Origin: Patescibacteria group bacterium | Lineage (GTDB): Bacteria > Patescibacteriota > Microgenomatia > UBA1400 > UBA1449 | DNA length: 64,000 nucleotides | Direction: 5' to 3' | NCBI GenBank assembly: GCA_050942955.1 | Contig: JBMNOG010000003.1 | Location: 3,049-67,048 of the forward strand | Shown here: piece by piece, positions 27,657 through 37,176 of the stretch | Numbering within the stretch: the stretch's first letter is position 1 | Layout: every line of letters begins with the position of its first letter | The notes under the pieces: generated by a model | The model's input: the letters and a program-made list of their open reading frames with translations, nothing else | Databases searched by the model: none | Told to the model about the DNA's origin: nothing | Position numbers and translations under genes: made by a program

Positions 27657-29435
27657 TTATTCCTTTTGACTTCCTGCAAGCTGCTTAACTTGTTCCAGAG
27701 TGGTTGCTTCAGTTACATCCTTATCATCTCTGAATTTTATGAACCTGGGGAAACGCAGAGATAAACCGGTTTCATGAATTGGAGACCGAGAGATTGAGTC
27801 AGCCCTAATCTCAATAAGTATCTCCGGCTTAACCCATACATCAGGAATAAGGGTTTTATCTGCAACATAGTTTTTGGGCATTTTCTTTACTTTACTAACC
27901 TCACAGCGCTTGAGCATCTCTTTAAGCTTTTCTTCAGAAAAACCCGATCCCACTTTAGAGAGAGAGTAAATTTTGCCGTCATGAGGAATACCTACCAAAA
28001 CCTTCCCCAAACCTAGCTTAGCCCACTTCCCCTCCCCTTTAAAGTAACCCATCACCACAGCATCAACTGTATCTGCTAGCTCTGACTGCATCGCCACTTT
28101 ATACTTCACCCAGGTAAAGTCCCTTTTTCCGGCACGGTAGGGAGCTTCCACCTTTTTTGCCATAAGCCCTTCAAGTCCTTCTTTGGCCACTTCAGTAAAG
28201 AAGTCTTCAAAACTATCCGGATCACTTACTAAGCGCTGTTCGGTGAGAACAAAGGGAGAATCTTTGCGAACCTTTTTGAATACTTTTTCCAAAAAGGTTC
28301 GCCTGTCTTTTTGAGAAGTATTTACTAATGAGACACCGTTTAGGTACAGGATATCAAACGTAAATACCTGAAGAGGAATTTCTTCTTTAACTTGGTCAAT
28401 ATTGTGTTTACGCTTGCGCTTCACAGTTTCCTGAAAGTCAAGAAGCTTGCCAGTAGATGGGTCAACTGCCACCGCCTCGCCATCTAAAATTGCTGAATTC
28501 ACAGGTAAATCCTGAGCAGCCGCCACTAAATCCGGAAACATGTGAGTGGTACTATCCAAGTTACGAGAAAATATCCTGACAAAGGCTTTTTTAGTCTCTT
28601 CAAAAAGAGCAGGCGTTTCTTCCTCTACTTCGTCAGAAACTTTGCTTTTATCAATATGGACTTGTACACGAAAGCCGTCAAACTTGGGTTCTAGAAAAGT
28701 GCTGTCATCCATTCTCTCCAGGATTTCTTCTTTACTCAGAAGGGGAGTGGAGAGAGCTGGACGTATCGGAGTTCCCGTTTCCGGAGTAAGGCCCTTTAGA
28801 GTTTTTAGACCTTTTTCTTTTAAAAGTCTGGCAATCTGACCAATATCAGCCCTTATGTTAAAAGCATGTTCAAGTTCAGCTCTAAGGGACTTATCCCCCG
28901 TTTCCATCCAGCTTAATGCGTCAAGAATAGTCATATCCGAAAAGCCAAGGCGCAACTTCTGCAGGGGAATCCGGACAAGGTACTTACCACCTAGGCTACT
29001 TACTGATTGAAGTAAGTTCACCATTCCTTGAACTTTTCTTTCCTGACTGCCGATTCCAGCTTGTTTGGCAATGGCTACAAGTCTTTCATACACATTGGAG
29101 ATAGAAAGGTTTTTATTCGTAACTAAATCTGGATTTTGTTTCGCAAAGGTATAGAAGACCTCTCCTAAATCACCTGTATTTTTAAAAACATCATTTACTC
29201 TTTTTTCTGAAGTTTTGACTACCTGAGCAATAACTCTTACCATCATCTTCTCTGCAAGTTGCAGTTCAAGTCCAACAAACTTCGGAACCAACCTTCCCAA
29301 AACTAGGTAACAGATTTTATCTATCTCATTAGCTTCAGACTCTTTAAAGAGTGCTGCTAGTTGTTTGGTCATATCCAGACGTGAGTCTGTGGCTTCGATT
29401 TTCTGAAGGTAGCGAGACAGCTTTGAAAAAAGCAT
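27657..29435 (-). CDS. ATP-dependent DNA ligase (archaeal/eukaryotic-type, Lig family).
   Basis: Adenylation motif KxDG: EPKFDGFRVQVHI. The length and the downstream OB-fold-like region fit an ATP-dependent ligase. No NAD-dependent LigA lies in the window. Confidence 0.85.
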   Translation of the reverse strand: MLFSKLSRYLQKIEATDSRLDMTKQLAALFKESEANEIDKICYLVLGRLVPKFVGLELQLAEKMMVRVIAQVVKTSEKRVNDVFKNTGDLGEVFYTFAKQNPDLVTNKNLSISNVYERLVAIAKQAGIGSQERKVQGMVNLLQSVSSLGGKYLVRIPLQKLRLGFSDMTILDALSWMETGDKSLRAELEHAFNIRADIGQIARLLKEKGLKTLKGLTPETGTPIRPALSTPLLSKEEILERMDDSTFLEPKFDGFRVQVHIDKSKVSDEVEEETPALFEETKKAFVRIFSRNLDSTTHMFPDLVAAAQDLPVNSAILDGEAVAVDPSTGKLLDFQETVKRKRKHNIDQVKEEIPLQVFTFDILYLNGVSLVNTSQKDRRTFLEKVFKKVRKDSPFVLTEQRLVSDPDSFEDFFTEVAKEGLEGLMAKKVEAPYRAGKRDFTWVKYKVAMQSELADTVDAVVMGYFKGEGKWAKLGLGKVLVGIPHDGKIYSLSKVGSGFSEEKLKEMLKRCEVSKVKKMPKNYVADKTLIPDVWVKPEILIEIRADSISRSPIHETGLSLRFPRFIKFRDDKDVTEATTLEQVKQLAGSQKE

Positions 29436-29463
29436 AGTGATAATTGCTGAATAGGCAGACTAA

Positions 29464-30582
29464 TTATTTTAGTTTAAGGGTATAGTAGGCTCCCTTTGTC
29501 TTCCCTAGTTTCTTAACCAAATCCTTTTCCATAAGACCTTTTATTTCCCGGAGAATGGTATCTTCAGATATCATTGGTAAGAGTTGGACAGCATCTTTCA
29601 TATACAGCGCTTCGTGTTCCCTTAAAAACTCTACTAGTTTTATCTGTCTTTCAGAAAGAGATATCTGCTGTCCCAGCCGGTTAAGCATACGTTCATCCAG
29701 TGAGAGTTCTCGAACTTTCTCTTTAACCTTATCCAGCTCCTGAACGAGTCCCAAAGTAAAGTACTCCAACCACTGGGTCAGATCTCCAGTAATACTCACA
29801 CTATTGAGAGCCTGGTAATACTCAGCTGGAGTACGGTCATAGTGTTCCTCAAGTGAAAAAAAACGTTTTATATCGTACTCTTCTCTAAAGAGAACTAGTG
29901 TAGCCATGGCTCTAGCCACACGACCGTTACCATCAACAAAAGGATGGATACGGGCTATCTCATAGTGGGCAATACCTGCCCGAAGCACCGGATGAATGTC
30001 TTTACTGGTAAATGAGTTGAGCCATTCTAAAAAGTGTTCTATCTGATAAGGGACCTCCACCGGATTTGGGGGTCTGTACGTCACTTCTCCGGTAGCCGCA
30101 TCTTTTACAACAACTTTTGTTGAACGGTAGTTGCCAGCCTCATCTGCCTCAAGAATTTTTTCTACTGTTAATTTATGTATAGTCTTAATCTCATCTTCTG
30201 TATATCGAGTAAAACGCTGGGTATTAACCCGCAACGAATCCACATACTCTAAAACTTTGCGGTAATTTAAGATTTCCTGGATATCCCTCTCTCTCGCTGC
30301 CACTCCTGCTTGGTTGGCAATTATTTTTGCCGGCTTTTCAGTCCCATTCTCAGCTACGTTTTCAAAAATAAGTTTTGCTTGACCAAGGGAAAGATCATTG
30401 CCTTCAATATGGGTACCGTAGTGAACAGTACGCAAAACTGCATCCTCCCGAAAGGTTTTTTCCCAAGCCGGAATAAGAGGAGCATTGTCAATCACCCCTT
30501 TAGCGGCTTCGATTTTGCCGACATTTATTAGAATTTGGTTAGTAATTGAAAACTTGGGTTCAAACAAAGCTATAAACTTCAA
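29464..30582 (-). CDS. Fic/DOC family protein (AMPylator-type) with a C-terminal winged-helix region.
   Basis: Canonical Fic motif HPFVDGNGRVARAM. C-terminal helix-turn-helix-like region. Confidence 0.85.
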   Translation of the reverse strand: MKFIALFEPKFSITNQILINVGKIEAAKGVIDNAPLIPAWEKTFREDAVLRTVHYGTHIEGNDLSLGQAKLIFENVAENGTEKPAKIIANQAGVAARERDIQEILNYRKVLEYVDSLRVNTQRFTRYTEDEIKTIHKLTVEKILEADEAGNYRSTKVVVKDAATGEVTYRPPNPVEVPYQIEHFLEWLNSFTSKDIHPVLRAGIAHYEIARIHPFVDGNGRVARAMATLVLFREEYDIKRFFSLEEHYDRTPAEYYQALNSVSITGDLTQWLEYFTLGLVQELDKVKEKVRELSLDERMLNRLGQQISLSERQIKLVEFLREHEALYMKDAVQLLPMISEDTILREIKGLMEKDLVKKLGKTKGAYYTLKLK

Positions 30583-30656
30583 GACACAGGGTTATGTTTG
30601 TATCTTGAAGCCTATTTTATTCTCGCATTTTCTGCGGAATTTTCAAGACTGATTGC

Positions 30657-31517
30657 TTACTTGGTCAACTGGTCCCAGAGAACTTCCGGAACTTTATCTG
30701 CCAGCTGGTCAGCACTAAAATAAGGGCCAACCTTTTCATACAGAGTGTCACCGGCCAAACCGTTGATATAAACACCAACCGCCGCCGCTGTAAATAAATC
30801 ATTAGTACAAGTCAGAGCGGCAATAAGCCCTGCCAGGACATCGCCAGTACCGCCTTTAGTCATCCCCTCATTCCCGGTATTATTAAGGATCTCTGCTTCT
30901 CTACTTGCAATAATATCTACTTTTCCTTTAAGAACAATCACACATCCCGTCTCCAGGGCTTTCTGTCTAACTACAGCCACTTTTTCTTCAAGACTGAGAG
31001 CAGAAAGAGAAATTCCAAACAATCTTTTAAATTCTCCTTCATGGGGAGTAATCACTGCTTCTTTAAGAATCTTAAGGTGTGTTGGCTTAATCACCTGAAG
31101 GGCTCCGGCATCTAAAATCCATTTCTTTTCCGGAAATTGCCGGATTAACGACAGGGTCTTTTTGCAGGTTTCTTCTCCGCTTTCTCCTGTGCCGGTATAC
31201 TCTTTTGATCCTCTAACCATTCCGGGGCCAATTAAAACTGCATCAGAGTTAGTAATATACTCCGGTTCCTTACCCTGGGGAATAAGAATAAATGAATAAA
31301 GGTTTTTTTTAAGATGTTTCGTCAACTCCTGGTTCTCTGAAACAGAAGAGTAGTAAACCATATCTACAATCCGTGAAGCTACAGTCAGAGCCCAGAGCGA
31401 AGCTCCATGAAATAGATGGGAGCCACCGACAATAGTCAGTTTGCCGTTATCTCCTTTATGTGAATTTTTCTTGAGTTTTTTTAGTTTTTTTACAAACTGG
31501 GTGTCTACGTAGTTCAT
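30657..31517 (-). CDS. nnrD: ADP-dependent NAD(P)H-hydrate dehydratase (YjeF C-terminal / carbohydrate-kinase-like).
   Basis: GDNGKLTIVGGS...GGTGDVLAGLIAALT motifs of the NnrD/YjeF-C family. Confidence 0.8.
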   Translation of the reverse strand: MNYVDTQFVKKLKKLKKNSHKGDNGKLTIVGGSHLFHGASLWALTVASRIVDMVYYSSVSENQELTKHLKKNLYSFILIPQGKEPEYITNSDAVLIGPGMVRGSKEYTGTGESGEETCKKTLSLIRQFPEKKWILDAGALQVIKPTHLKILKEAVITPHEGEFKRLFGISLSALSLEEKVAVVRQKALETGCVIVLKGKVDIIASREAEILNNTGNEGMTKGGTGDVLAGLIAALTCTNDLFTAAAVGVYINGLAGDTLYEKVGPYFSADQLADKVPEVLWDQLTK

Positions 31518-31521
31518 GTAT

Positions 31522-32610
31522 TTAATCTAAAGTTACTAACTCCATTGTAGTTTGAACTGGTTTTTCAATAAAGCGAACCTCAGTTGTAGCTATGAGTGTC
31601 TGCTGCTTAGTAATTATATTTAAAACCATTTTCTGGTGATTTTTGTCCAGTTCCGAAAAGATATCGTCTAAGAGTAAGAGTGGCCGTTTCCCAGTTTTCT
31701 GGGTAATAAACTCCAGTTCGCCCATCTTTAAAGCCAGCACCCCCATTCGCTGTTCCCCTCTGGAACCATAAGTCGCTAAGTCTCTCTTTTTATGGTTCTG
31801 TTGGAAAATACTAAAGGTATCTCGGTGAGGACCGATAAGGGTCCGGCTGCTAGCAATTTCTGCTTGGTGGTACTTTAAAAGTCTCTCAGGGGAAATAGTG
31901 CTGGGATCGTAGATAAATGTAAAATAGGGAATATCTTCAAGATTTCTATCCATAATTTCGCGAAACTGCGCTGAACTACAGTAGGTATTTAAAAATGTTA
32001 CATACTCATCACGTTTTTTGCGAAGTATCTCTCCGTTTTTAATAAGGAGACGGTTCCAAAACTCAAGTTGGTTTTCATGCGCCTTCCCTTCAGCTATTGC
32101 TGACAAAAGCTTGTTTCTCTGCCTCAAGCCTTTTTGATAAGACAAAAGGCTTCTGTCATATTCCCAATCTATCTGTGAGAGGACAAAGTCAAGGTAAGCA
32201 CGTTTGTGACCAGGGCTGCCAACAACAAGCTGAATATCCTGTGGTTCAAACAACACAACTTTCAACCGTCCCATAAAATCCTTGCGGCGCTTACCTACAC
32301 CATTGACCACAAACCGCTTTTTTGCAACAGGTTTTCCCTGCCACGTACCATGAGTAAGTACCACCTCTAGACTTTCATCCTCAACTTCTCCACTAATACG
32401 GCCAAACTCCTCCTCAAACGTTATCATTTCTTCATCTTTATCTGCCCGAAAACTTTTCCCTAACGCTAGAAGGGTAACAGCTTCTAAGATGTTAGTCTTC
32501 CCTGTTGCATTAGGACCGACAAATGTAGTCACTTCTTTGGTAAAAGTAAAGTTTTTCTGCTTATGAGAACGGAAGTTAAAAAGTTGTAGGTTTTTTAGCT
32601 GCATACTCAT
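31522..32610 (-). CDS. recF: DNA replication and repair protein RecF.
   Basis: The N-terminal LKNLQLFNFRSH...FVGPNATGKTNILEAV Walker A is typical of RecF. 362 aa. Confidence 0.85.
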   Translation of the reverse strand: MSMQLKNLQLFNFRSHKQKNFTFTKEVTTFVGPNATGKTNILEAVTLLALGKSFRADKDEEMITFEEEFGRISGEVEDESLEVVLTHGTWQGKPVAKKRFVVNGVGKRRKDFMGRLKVVLFEPQDIQLVVGSPGHKRAYLDFVLSQIDWEYDRSLLSYQKGLRQRNKLLSAIAEGKAHENQLEFWNRLLIKNGEILRKKRDEYVTFLNTYCSSAQFREIMDRNLEDIPYFTFIYDPSTISPERLLKYHQAEIASSRTLIGPHRDTFSIFQQNHKKRDLATYGSRGEQRMGVLALKMGELEFITQKTGKRPLLLLDDIFSELDKNHQKMVLNIITKQQTLIATTEVRFIEKPVQTTMELVTLD

Positions 32611-33464
32611 TATTTTTGGCAGTACTGGCAGTAGAAAGTTCCTCTACCTCCCAATTTGGTTTTCTGAATTATTGTACCGCAACGCTGGCAAGCACTACCC
32701 TCTTTCTTATACACTAAAAAGTGGTACTGGTAATCTCCTTCCTCTCCCAGAAGTTGACGGTAGCTACTTTGGGAAGTTCCGCCGTACTTAATCCCCAGCT
32801 CTATTATCTTGTTCAAGCTTTCGTGAAGCTTCCTAATCTCTTGCGTATTCAAGGTCTTAGCTGGTCTTCTCGGGTCAATACCTGCATCCCACAGGACATC
32901 ATTAGCATAAATATTACCCACACCTGCTACTTTTTTCTGATCCATTAAAACTAACTTTACTGGACGACTGCTTGCAGACAAGGCTGAGGCTAAACTACTA
33001 ACCGTAAACTCCGACGCAAGCGGTTCGATACCTGAAAACTCTTTTAGTTCCTGATCCAAGCTCTTCTGGTTTCCGATTACTTTCACCCATCCAAAAACTC
33101 TCATATCATTAAAAAATAGTGAGCTGCCGTCTTTAAATTTTATTTCAACCCTCGTATGTTTTACCGGGTGCTGAGCCAGCCATTCCAGAGTAGGGTGACC
33201 TCCGGCAACCTGTTTGTCTTTATCAACAAAGATAAGCTGACCAGTCATTTTGAGATGGATAAGAAGTTTTGGAAAGTCAGTCTCAAAATCAATAAGAATA
33301 ACTTTGGCTTTGCGCCTTGTCTTGGTTACAAGTTTACCAAGAAGCAGTTTCTTATTGCCGCGAAAGCTTTTTTTACGGAATACCCTAACTTGAGCAACAG
33401 TTTTCCCTCTTATAACTTGGTTTAATTGTCTGACTATAGTTTCAACTTCAGGTAATTCTGGCAT
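32610..33464 (-). CDS. mutM: Formamidopyrimidine-DNA glycosylase (Fpg/MutM/Nei family).
   Basis: N-terminal MPELPEVE catalytic proline. C-terminal zinc finger CQRCGTIIQ...CQYCQ. Confidence 0.85.
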   Translation of the reverse strand: MPELPEVETIVRQLNQVIRGKTVAQVRVFRKKSFRGNKKLLLGKLVTKTRRKAKVILIDFETDFPKLLIHLKMTGQLIFVDKDKQVAGGHPTLEWLAQHPVKHTRVEIKFKDGSSLFFNDMRVFGWVKVIGNQKSLDQELKEFSGIEPLASEFTVSSLASALSASSRPVKLVLMDQKKVAGVGNIYANDVLWDAGIDPRRPAKTLNTQEIRKLHESLNKIIELGIKYGGTSQSSYRQLLGEEGDYQYHFLVYKKEGSACQRCGTIIQKTKLGGRGTFYCQYCQK

Positions 33465-33499
33465 GGTATACTTTGAACTAATAAATACTTTCTCAGCTT

Positions 33500-34345
33500 A
33501 TGTTGCAAACAGATTTTCTTACCCTGATCCTAATATCATTAGTTGCCGGTGTAGCTATTTATAAAATTTCCTTTTTTAGCCGAAAATCAATTGGCTATTT
33601 TTCTCTCCTGCAGATTATTTATTTAGTCATTATCCCAGGATTTGTTTATACTTTAGCATATTCTTACTTACAGTCTATTCTGAAACGACCACTCAATAGC
33701 AGCATTATTCTACCAGATAGTCTCATTATCAATATACTTCTTCTATCAATGCTTTTTTCTTACGGAGGCATTGCTGTTCACGCTGTTACCAAGATGCTTT
33801 CTGAGGTCGAGTCATTGCGCAATAAACATTCTGAGGCGTATAAGATTAACCGGTACTTTCATCTGAACTTCTCTCATAATCTCATATATAGTGGGGGAGT
33901 TGTGTCATTTATTTGCTTCACGCTTCTGGAGCTCAACCACGTTGTCCCTAATAACAATAATAACTTCATATTGGCGATGATGAAGGGATTAATCTTAGGA
34001 GGAAGCATTATCATGGCCATGTACTGGTACACTGTTTCGAAAGATGATTATATTGGCCGCTGGTCCGACCTAAAAACGGTGTTTCTCAGTATCTGGGTAG
34101 GATTTCTTACTATCCTTTATGGTGTCCAAAAAGTAGATCCTTCTATTCGTGACTACCAGCTCCTTTTACCGGCACTGTTGAGTTTTTCTCTTATAGCCCT
34201 ATTAAATATGTTTTTAGTTTTTAGAAGATTTAAAAGAGGGGGCTTTGCGCTTTACTTCAATTTTGGCAGGAAGAAAAAGAAGCTTGTAGAGGTATCAGAT
34301 AAAATCTTCTCCTCAAAAAACAATCCTCAACCAAAATTGGATTGA
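33500..34345 (+). CDS. Hypothetical multi-pass integral membrane protein.
   Basis: 281 aa with about six or seven hydrophobic helices. No recognised motif. Confidence 0.4.
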   Translation: MLQTDFLTLILISLVAGVAIYKISFFSRKSIGYFSLLQIIYLVIIPGFVYTLAYSYLQSILKRPLNSSIILPDSLIINILLLSMLFSYGGIAVHAVTKMLSEVESLRNKHSEAYKINRYFHLNFSHNLIYSGGVVSFICFTLLELNHVVPNNNNNFILAMMKGLILGGSIIMAMYWYTVSKDDYIGRWSDLKTVFLSIWVGFLTILYGVQKVDPSIRDYQLLLPALLSFSLIALLNMFLVFRRFKRGGFALYFNFGRKKKKLVEVSDKIFSSKNNPQPKLD

Positions 34346-34346
34346 G
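34316..34346 (-). terminator. Intrinsic terminator hairpin between convergent genes. A U-run follows on the minus strand.
   Basis: CAATCCTCAACCAA-aa-TTGGATTGAGGATTG is a near-perfect ~14-bp stem. On the minus strand it is followed by TTTTTTGAGG. Confidence 0.55.
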
Positions 34347-34369
34347 GATTGTTAACTGTTTCAGTTACT

Positions 34370-34567
34370 TTAAGCTTTTTTCAAAACGGGCATACCGGTT
34401 CTTTCAGTCTCAACGACTTGATAACCAGCTGGAACCTCGTCTAAAGCGTTATCTCTAACCTCTCGAGCAAAGAAGTAAATTCTCTGATTTCTGCCACCTC
34501 GAAGGGTTACGTCTCTGTAGTGGAGGTAGTAATCTACTCCTTTAGAATTGGTGAATTTATAGGCCAT
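34370..34567 (-). CDS. Small conserved hypothetical protein (65 aa).
   Basis: A strong RBS (GAAGGAGGTGAGCATTC-ATG) immediately upstream supports a real gene. No recognised domain. Confidence 0.5.
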   Translation of the reverse strand: MAYKFTNSKGVDYYLHYRDVTLRGGRNQRIYFFAREVRDNALDEVPAGYQVVETERTGMPVLKKA

Positions 34568-34788
34568 GAATGCTCACCTCCTTCAAAGTGGTTGATCTGT
34601 CTTCATTTTTTAAAAACTCCCTCTGGTATTAGAGGAACGTTAGCACCATACTAGAGGAAATAGCCTGTTGTTGTCAAGAAGAAATTTGTTCAATTTGCTT
34701 GTTATTACTGATTTTTAGACACATTCATTTAAATTCGCAGTAAACCAAGAATGATGGGTAACTATTTGGGATTGATAACACAATAATT

Positions 34789-35412
34789 TTATTTATCACT
34801 CTCACTTATTACCTCATTAATTCTTTTTACCATGTCCTCAATCCCTTTTTCGCTCATACCATGAGCTTTAGCACCATCCTGTAGAGTTTCATACGCTGCA
34901 GCAAAACACCCCACACAGTGAAGTCCATACTCACCCACTAAAACTTGAGCAGCTTTAGGATACTGACTTATTAGTTCACCTAGGAGTGTATTTTTGGTTA
35001 TATGGTTTATCTTAGGCATTTTTCTCCTTTTTACTTTGCTAATGTTTCTTATTGATACTGCTTTATGAAGAGCTTTTAACCCCAGCCCGGCACACTTGAC
35101 TCTTCCTATAGCTACTGGCCCTCCCATAAGTTTGTAAACGTCATTAAGGGATAGTTTTCTAACTTCAGAGAGCTTTTTCCCTTTAACAGTTTCTGTCAGA
35201 AGAGAGGATGCAGCTTTTGAGATGGCGCACCCTTGACACAGAAACTTTACTTCCTGGATGCAGTTAGCTTCATTCAGTTTTAACTGGAGTTTTATAGTAT
35301 CCCCACAGCTTGAATTTTCTTCCTGTACCTCCACATCAGGGGAAAGAATCTCCCCCTGGTTTCGGGGATATTTGTAGTGATCAAGAATTATTTTGCGATA
35401 TATGTCGTTCAT
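34789..35412 (-). CDS. sufU: SUF Fe-S scaffold SufU (IscU-like) fused to a C-terminal DUF1858 (hybrid-cluster-protein-associated redox disulfide) domain.
   Basis: The N-terminal ILDHYKYPRN...SCGD...CQGCAISKAS...AIGRVKCAGLGL region is SufU/NifU-like. The C-terminal ~70 aa carry a CVGC motif typical of DUF1858. Confidence 0.75.
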   Translation of the reverse strand: MNDIYRKIILDHYKYPRNQGEILSPDVEVQEENSSCGDTIKLQLKLNEANCIQEVKFLCQGCAISKAASSLLTETVKGKKLSEVRKLSLNDVYKLMGGPVAIGRVKCAGLGLKALHKAVSIRNISKVKRRKMPKINHITKNTLLGELISQYPKAAQVLVGEYGLHCVGCFAAAYETLQDGAKAHGMSEKGIEDMVKRINEVISESDK

Positions 35413-36638
35413 ATTCCAAAAACAGTTTTTACTTTTTGCAAACCTTTAATAAGCTGGTCAATTTCTGTTTTCGTATTATATAAATAGAATGAGGCCCGAG
35501 TAGTGGCATTTAGATTAAGTAGTGTGTGCAAAGGCATACAACAATGCTGGCCGGAACGGGCTGCTACTCCAACACTATCCAAAACCTGAGCAACATCATG
35601 AGCATGTACTTTTTTGAATTCAAAAGCAATCAAGCCACTACGGTTTTTGGGGTCTTTTGGTCCTAAAACAGTCACTTCAGGTATGTCTGCAAGTTTTTCC
35701 AAACAATACTCTGTTAGTTCCTTTTCATGCTCTTGGATACTTTCCATGCCGATTTTCTGCAAATATTTGACTGCTTCTGCTAGCCCTACAGCCCCTGCAA
35801 TATTTGATGTTCCGGCTTCAAATTTGTAGGGGAGTTCGTTGTACTCGGATTTGTCCCAGTAAACTGCAGAAATCATATCTCCGCCCCCTAAAAACGGCGG
35901 CATAGCTTCTAGAAGTTCTCTCTTTCCCCATAACACTCCAATAGCCATAGGTCCGACCATTTTGTGGCCTGAAAATGCCAAGAAATCACACCCCAGATCT
36001 TTAACTGAAACCGGCATATGTGGCACGCTCTGAGCTCCATCAATAATACAAATAATTTCACGATTATATTGCTTTACCTTTTTTATAATTTGCTTGACCG
36101 GATTGATAGTTCCCAAAACATTGGAAACGTGGACAAGGGAAAGTATTTTTGTTTTAGGCGAAAGCAGCTGCTCAAGGCTTTGTAAGTCCAGTTCACCTGA
36201 GTCAGTGAGTGGAATAAACTTTAAAAACGTCCCTGTTTTTTGAGCAACTATTTGCCACGGGACAATGTTAGAGTGATGTTCCATTTGGGTCAGAATAATT
36301 TCATCACCTTTTCTTAGATTAATCTCTCCTAAGCTGTGTGCTACAAGATTGATTGCCTCAGTGGTGTTGCGTACAAAAACTGTCTCTTCAAATTTCCCCC
36401 CGATAAAATCTGCGACTATTTTTTTTGACTCTTCATACTTGACTGTTGCTTCCTGAGCAAGGGTATGGACACCCCTGTGAGCATTGGCGTTGGAGTTTTC
36501 GTAGTAACCAGAGATAGCTTCAATTACCTGTCTGGGTTTTTGCGTCGTAGCACTGTTATCCAGATAGGCAAGAGGGTAACCGTTAATCTTTTTTTGTAAA
36601 ATCGGAAAATCTGAACGAACAGCATGAACATCAAACAT
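35409..36638 (-). CDS. sufS: Cysteine desulfurase SufS (class II aminotransferase).
   Basis: PLP-lysine region FSGHKMVGPMAIGVLWGK. Length 409 aa. Position within the suf operon. Confidence 0.9.
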   Translation of the reverse strand: MFDVHAVRSDFPILQKKINGYPLAYLDNSATTQKPRQVIEAISGYYENSNANAHRGVHTLAQEATVKYEESKKIVADFIGGKFEETVFVRNTTEAINLVAHSLGEINLRKGDEIILTQMEHHSNIVPWQIVAQKTGTFLKFIPLTDSGELDLQSLEQLLSPKTKILSLVHVSNVLGTINPVKQIIKKVKQYNREIICIIDGAQSVPHMPVSVKDLGCDFLAFSGHKMVGPMAIGVLWGKRELLEAMPPFLGGGDMISAVYWDKSEYNELPYKFEAGTSNIAGAVGLAEAVKYLQKIGMESIQEHEKELTEYCLEKLADIPEVTVLGPKDPKNRSGLIAFEFKKVHAHDVAQVLDSVGVAARSGQHCCMPLHTLLNLNATTRASFYLYNTKTEIDQLIKGLQKVKTVFGI

Positions 36639-37176
36639 AGGTGCTCCTTATAGTTTTGACTATTTGTTTTTCAATATTTTTTTTTAGTTTTTTATCATGA
36701 ATTCTGGCAAGTACTGGTTCCAAAAAACTTTCTGCCAGAAGTGCTTTAGCCTCTTTTTTACTAAAGCCCCGACTCATAAGGTAAAGTAGGGCATCTTTAT
36801 TAGTTCTGCCAATTGACGCTTTATGGGAAGCTTTGACTTCACTACCTGTAATTTCCAGTTGGGGTAGAGCTTCTGCCTTAGCTTCTTCTCCTACTAATAA
36901 CACTCTTTGTTCAAGATGAGTCTTACTGGCTTTAGCCTTACTTTCTACTTTTACCTTGCCAACAAGCGTAGCCTGGGCGCCTTCAAACAACACTCCTCTC
37001 ATGTGTACTTTTGAGGAAGTTTTTGAGCCAAGGTGTTTAATAATAGTACTGCATTTAAATATTTCTTTCGCTTTCCCAACAAAAAACACTAGCACTTCTA
37101 TGCCACTTTGAGGATTTATCTCTTGCATGATATCTTCTTTAACTCCTGGTTTAAGAAATTTTACTACCTGTTTCAT
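36631..37176 (-). CDS. sufD: Short SufD-like protein (SufBD-family C-terminal domain only).
   Basis: 181 aa. It shares the LLYLMSRGFS(K/E)KEA C-terminal motif with the adjacent SufB and sits between sufB and sufS. Confidence 0.6.
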   Translation of the reverse strand: MKQVVKFLKPGVKEDIMQEINPQSGIEVLVFFVGKAKEIFKCSTIIKHLGSKTSSKVHMRGVLFEGAQATLVGKVKVESKAKASKTHLEQRVLLVGEEAKAEALPQLEITGSEVKASHKASIGRTNKDALLYLMSRGFSKKEAKALLAESFLEPVLARIHDKKLKKNIEKQIVKTIRSTYV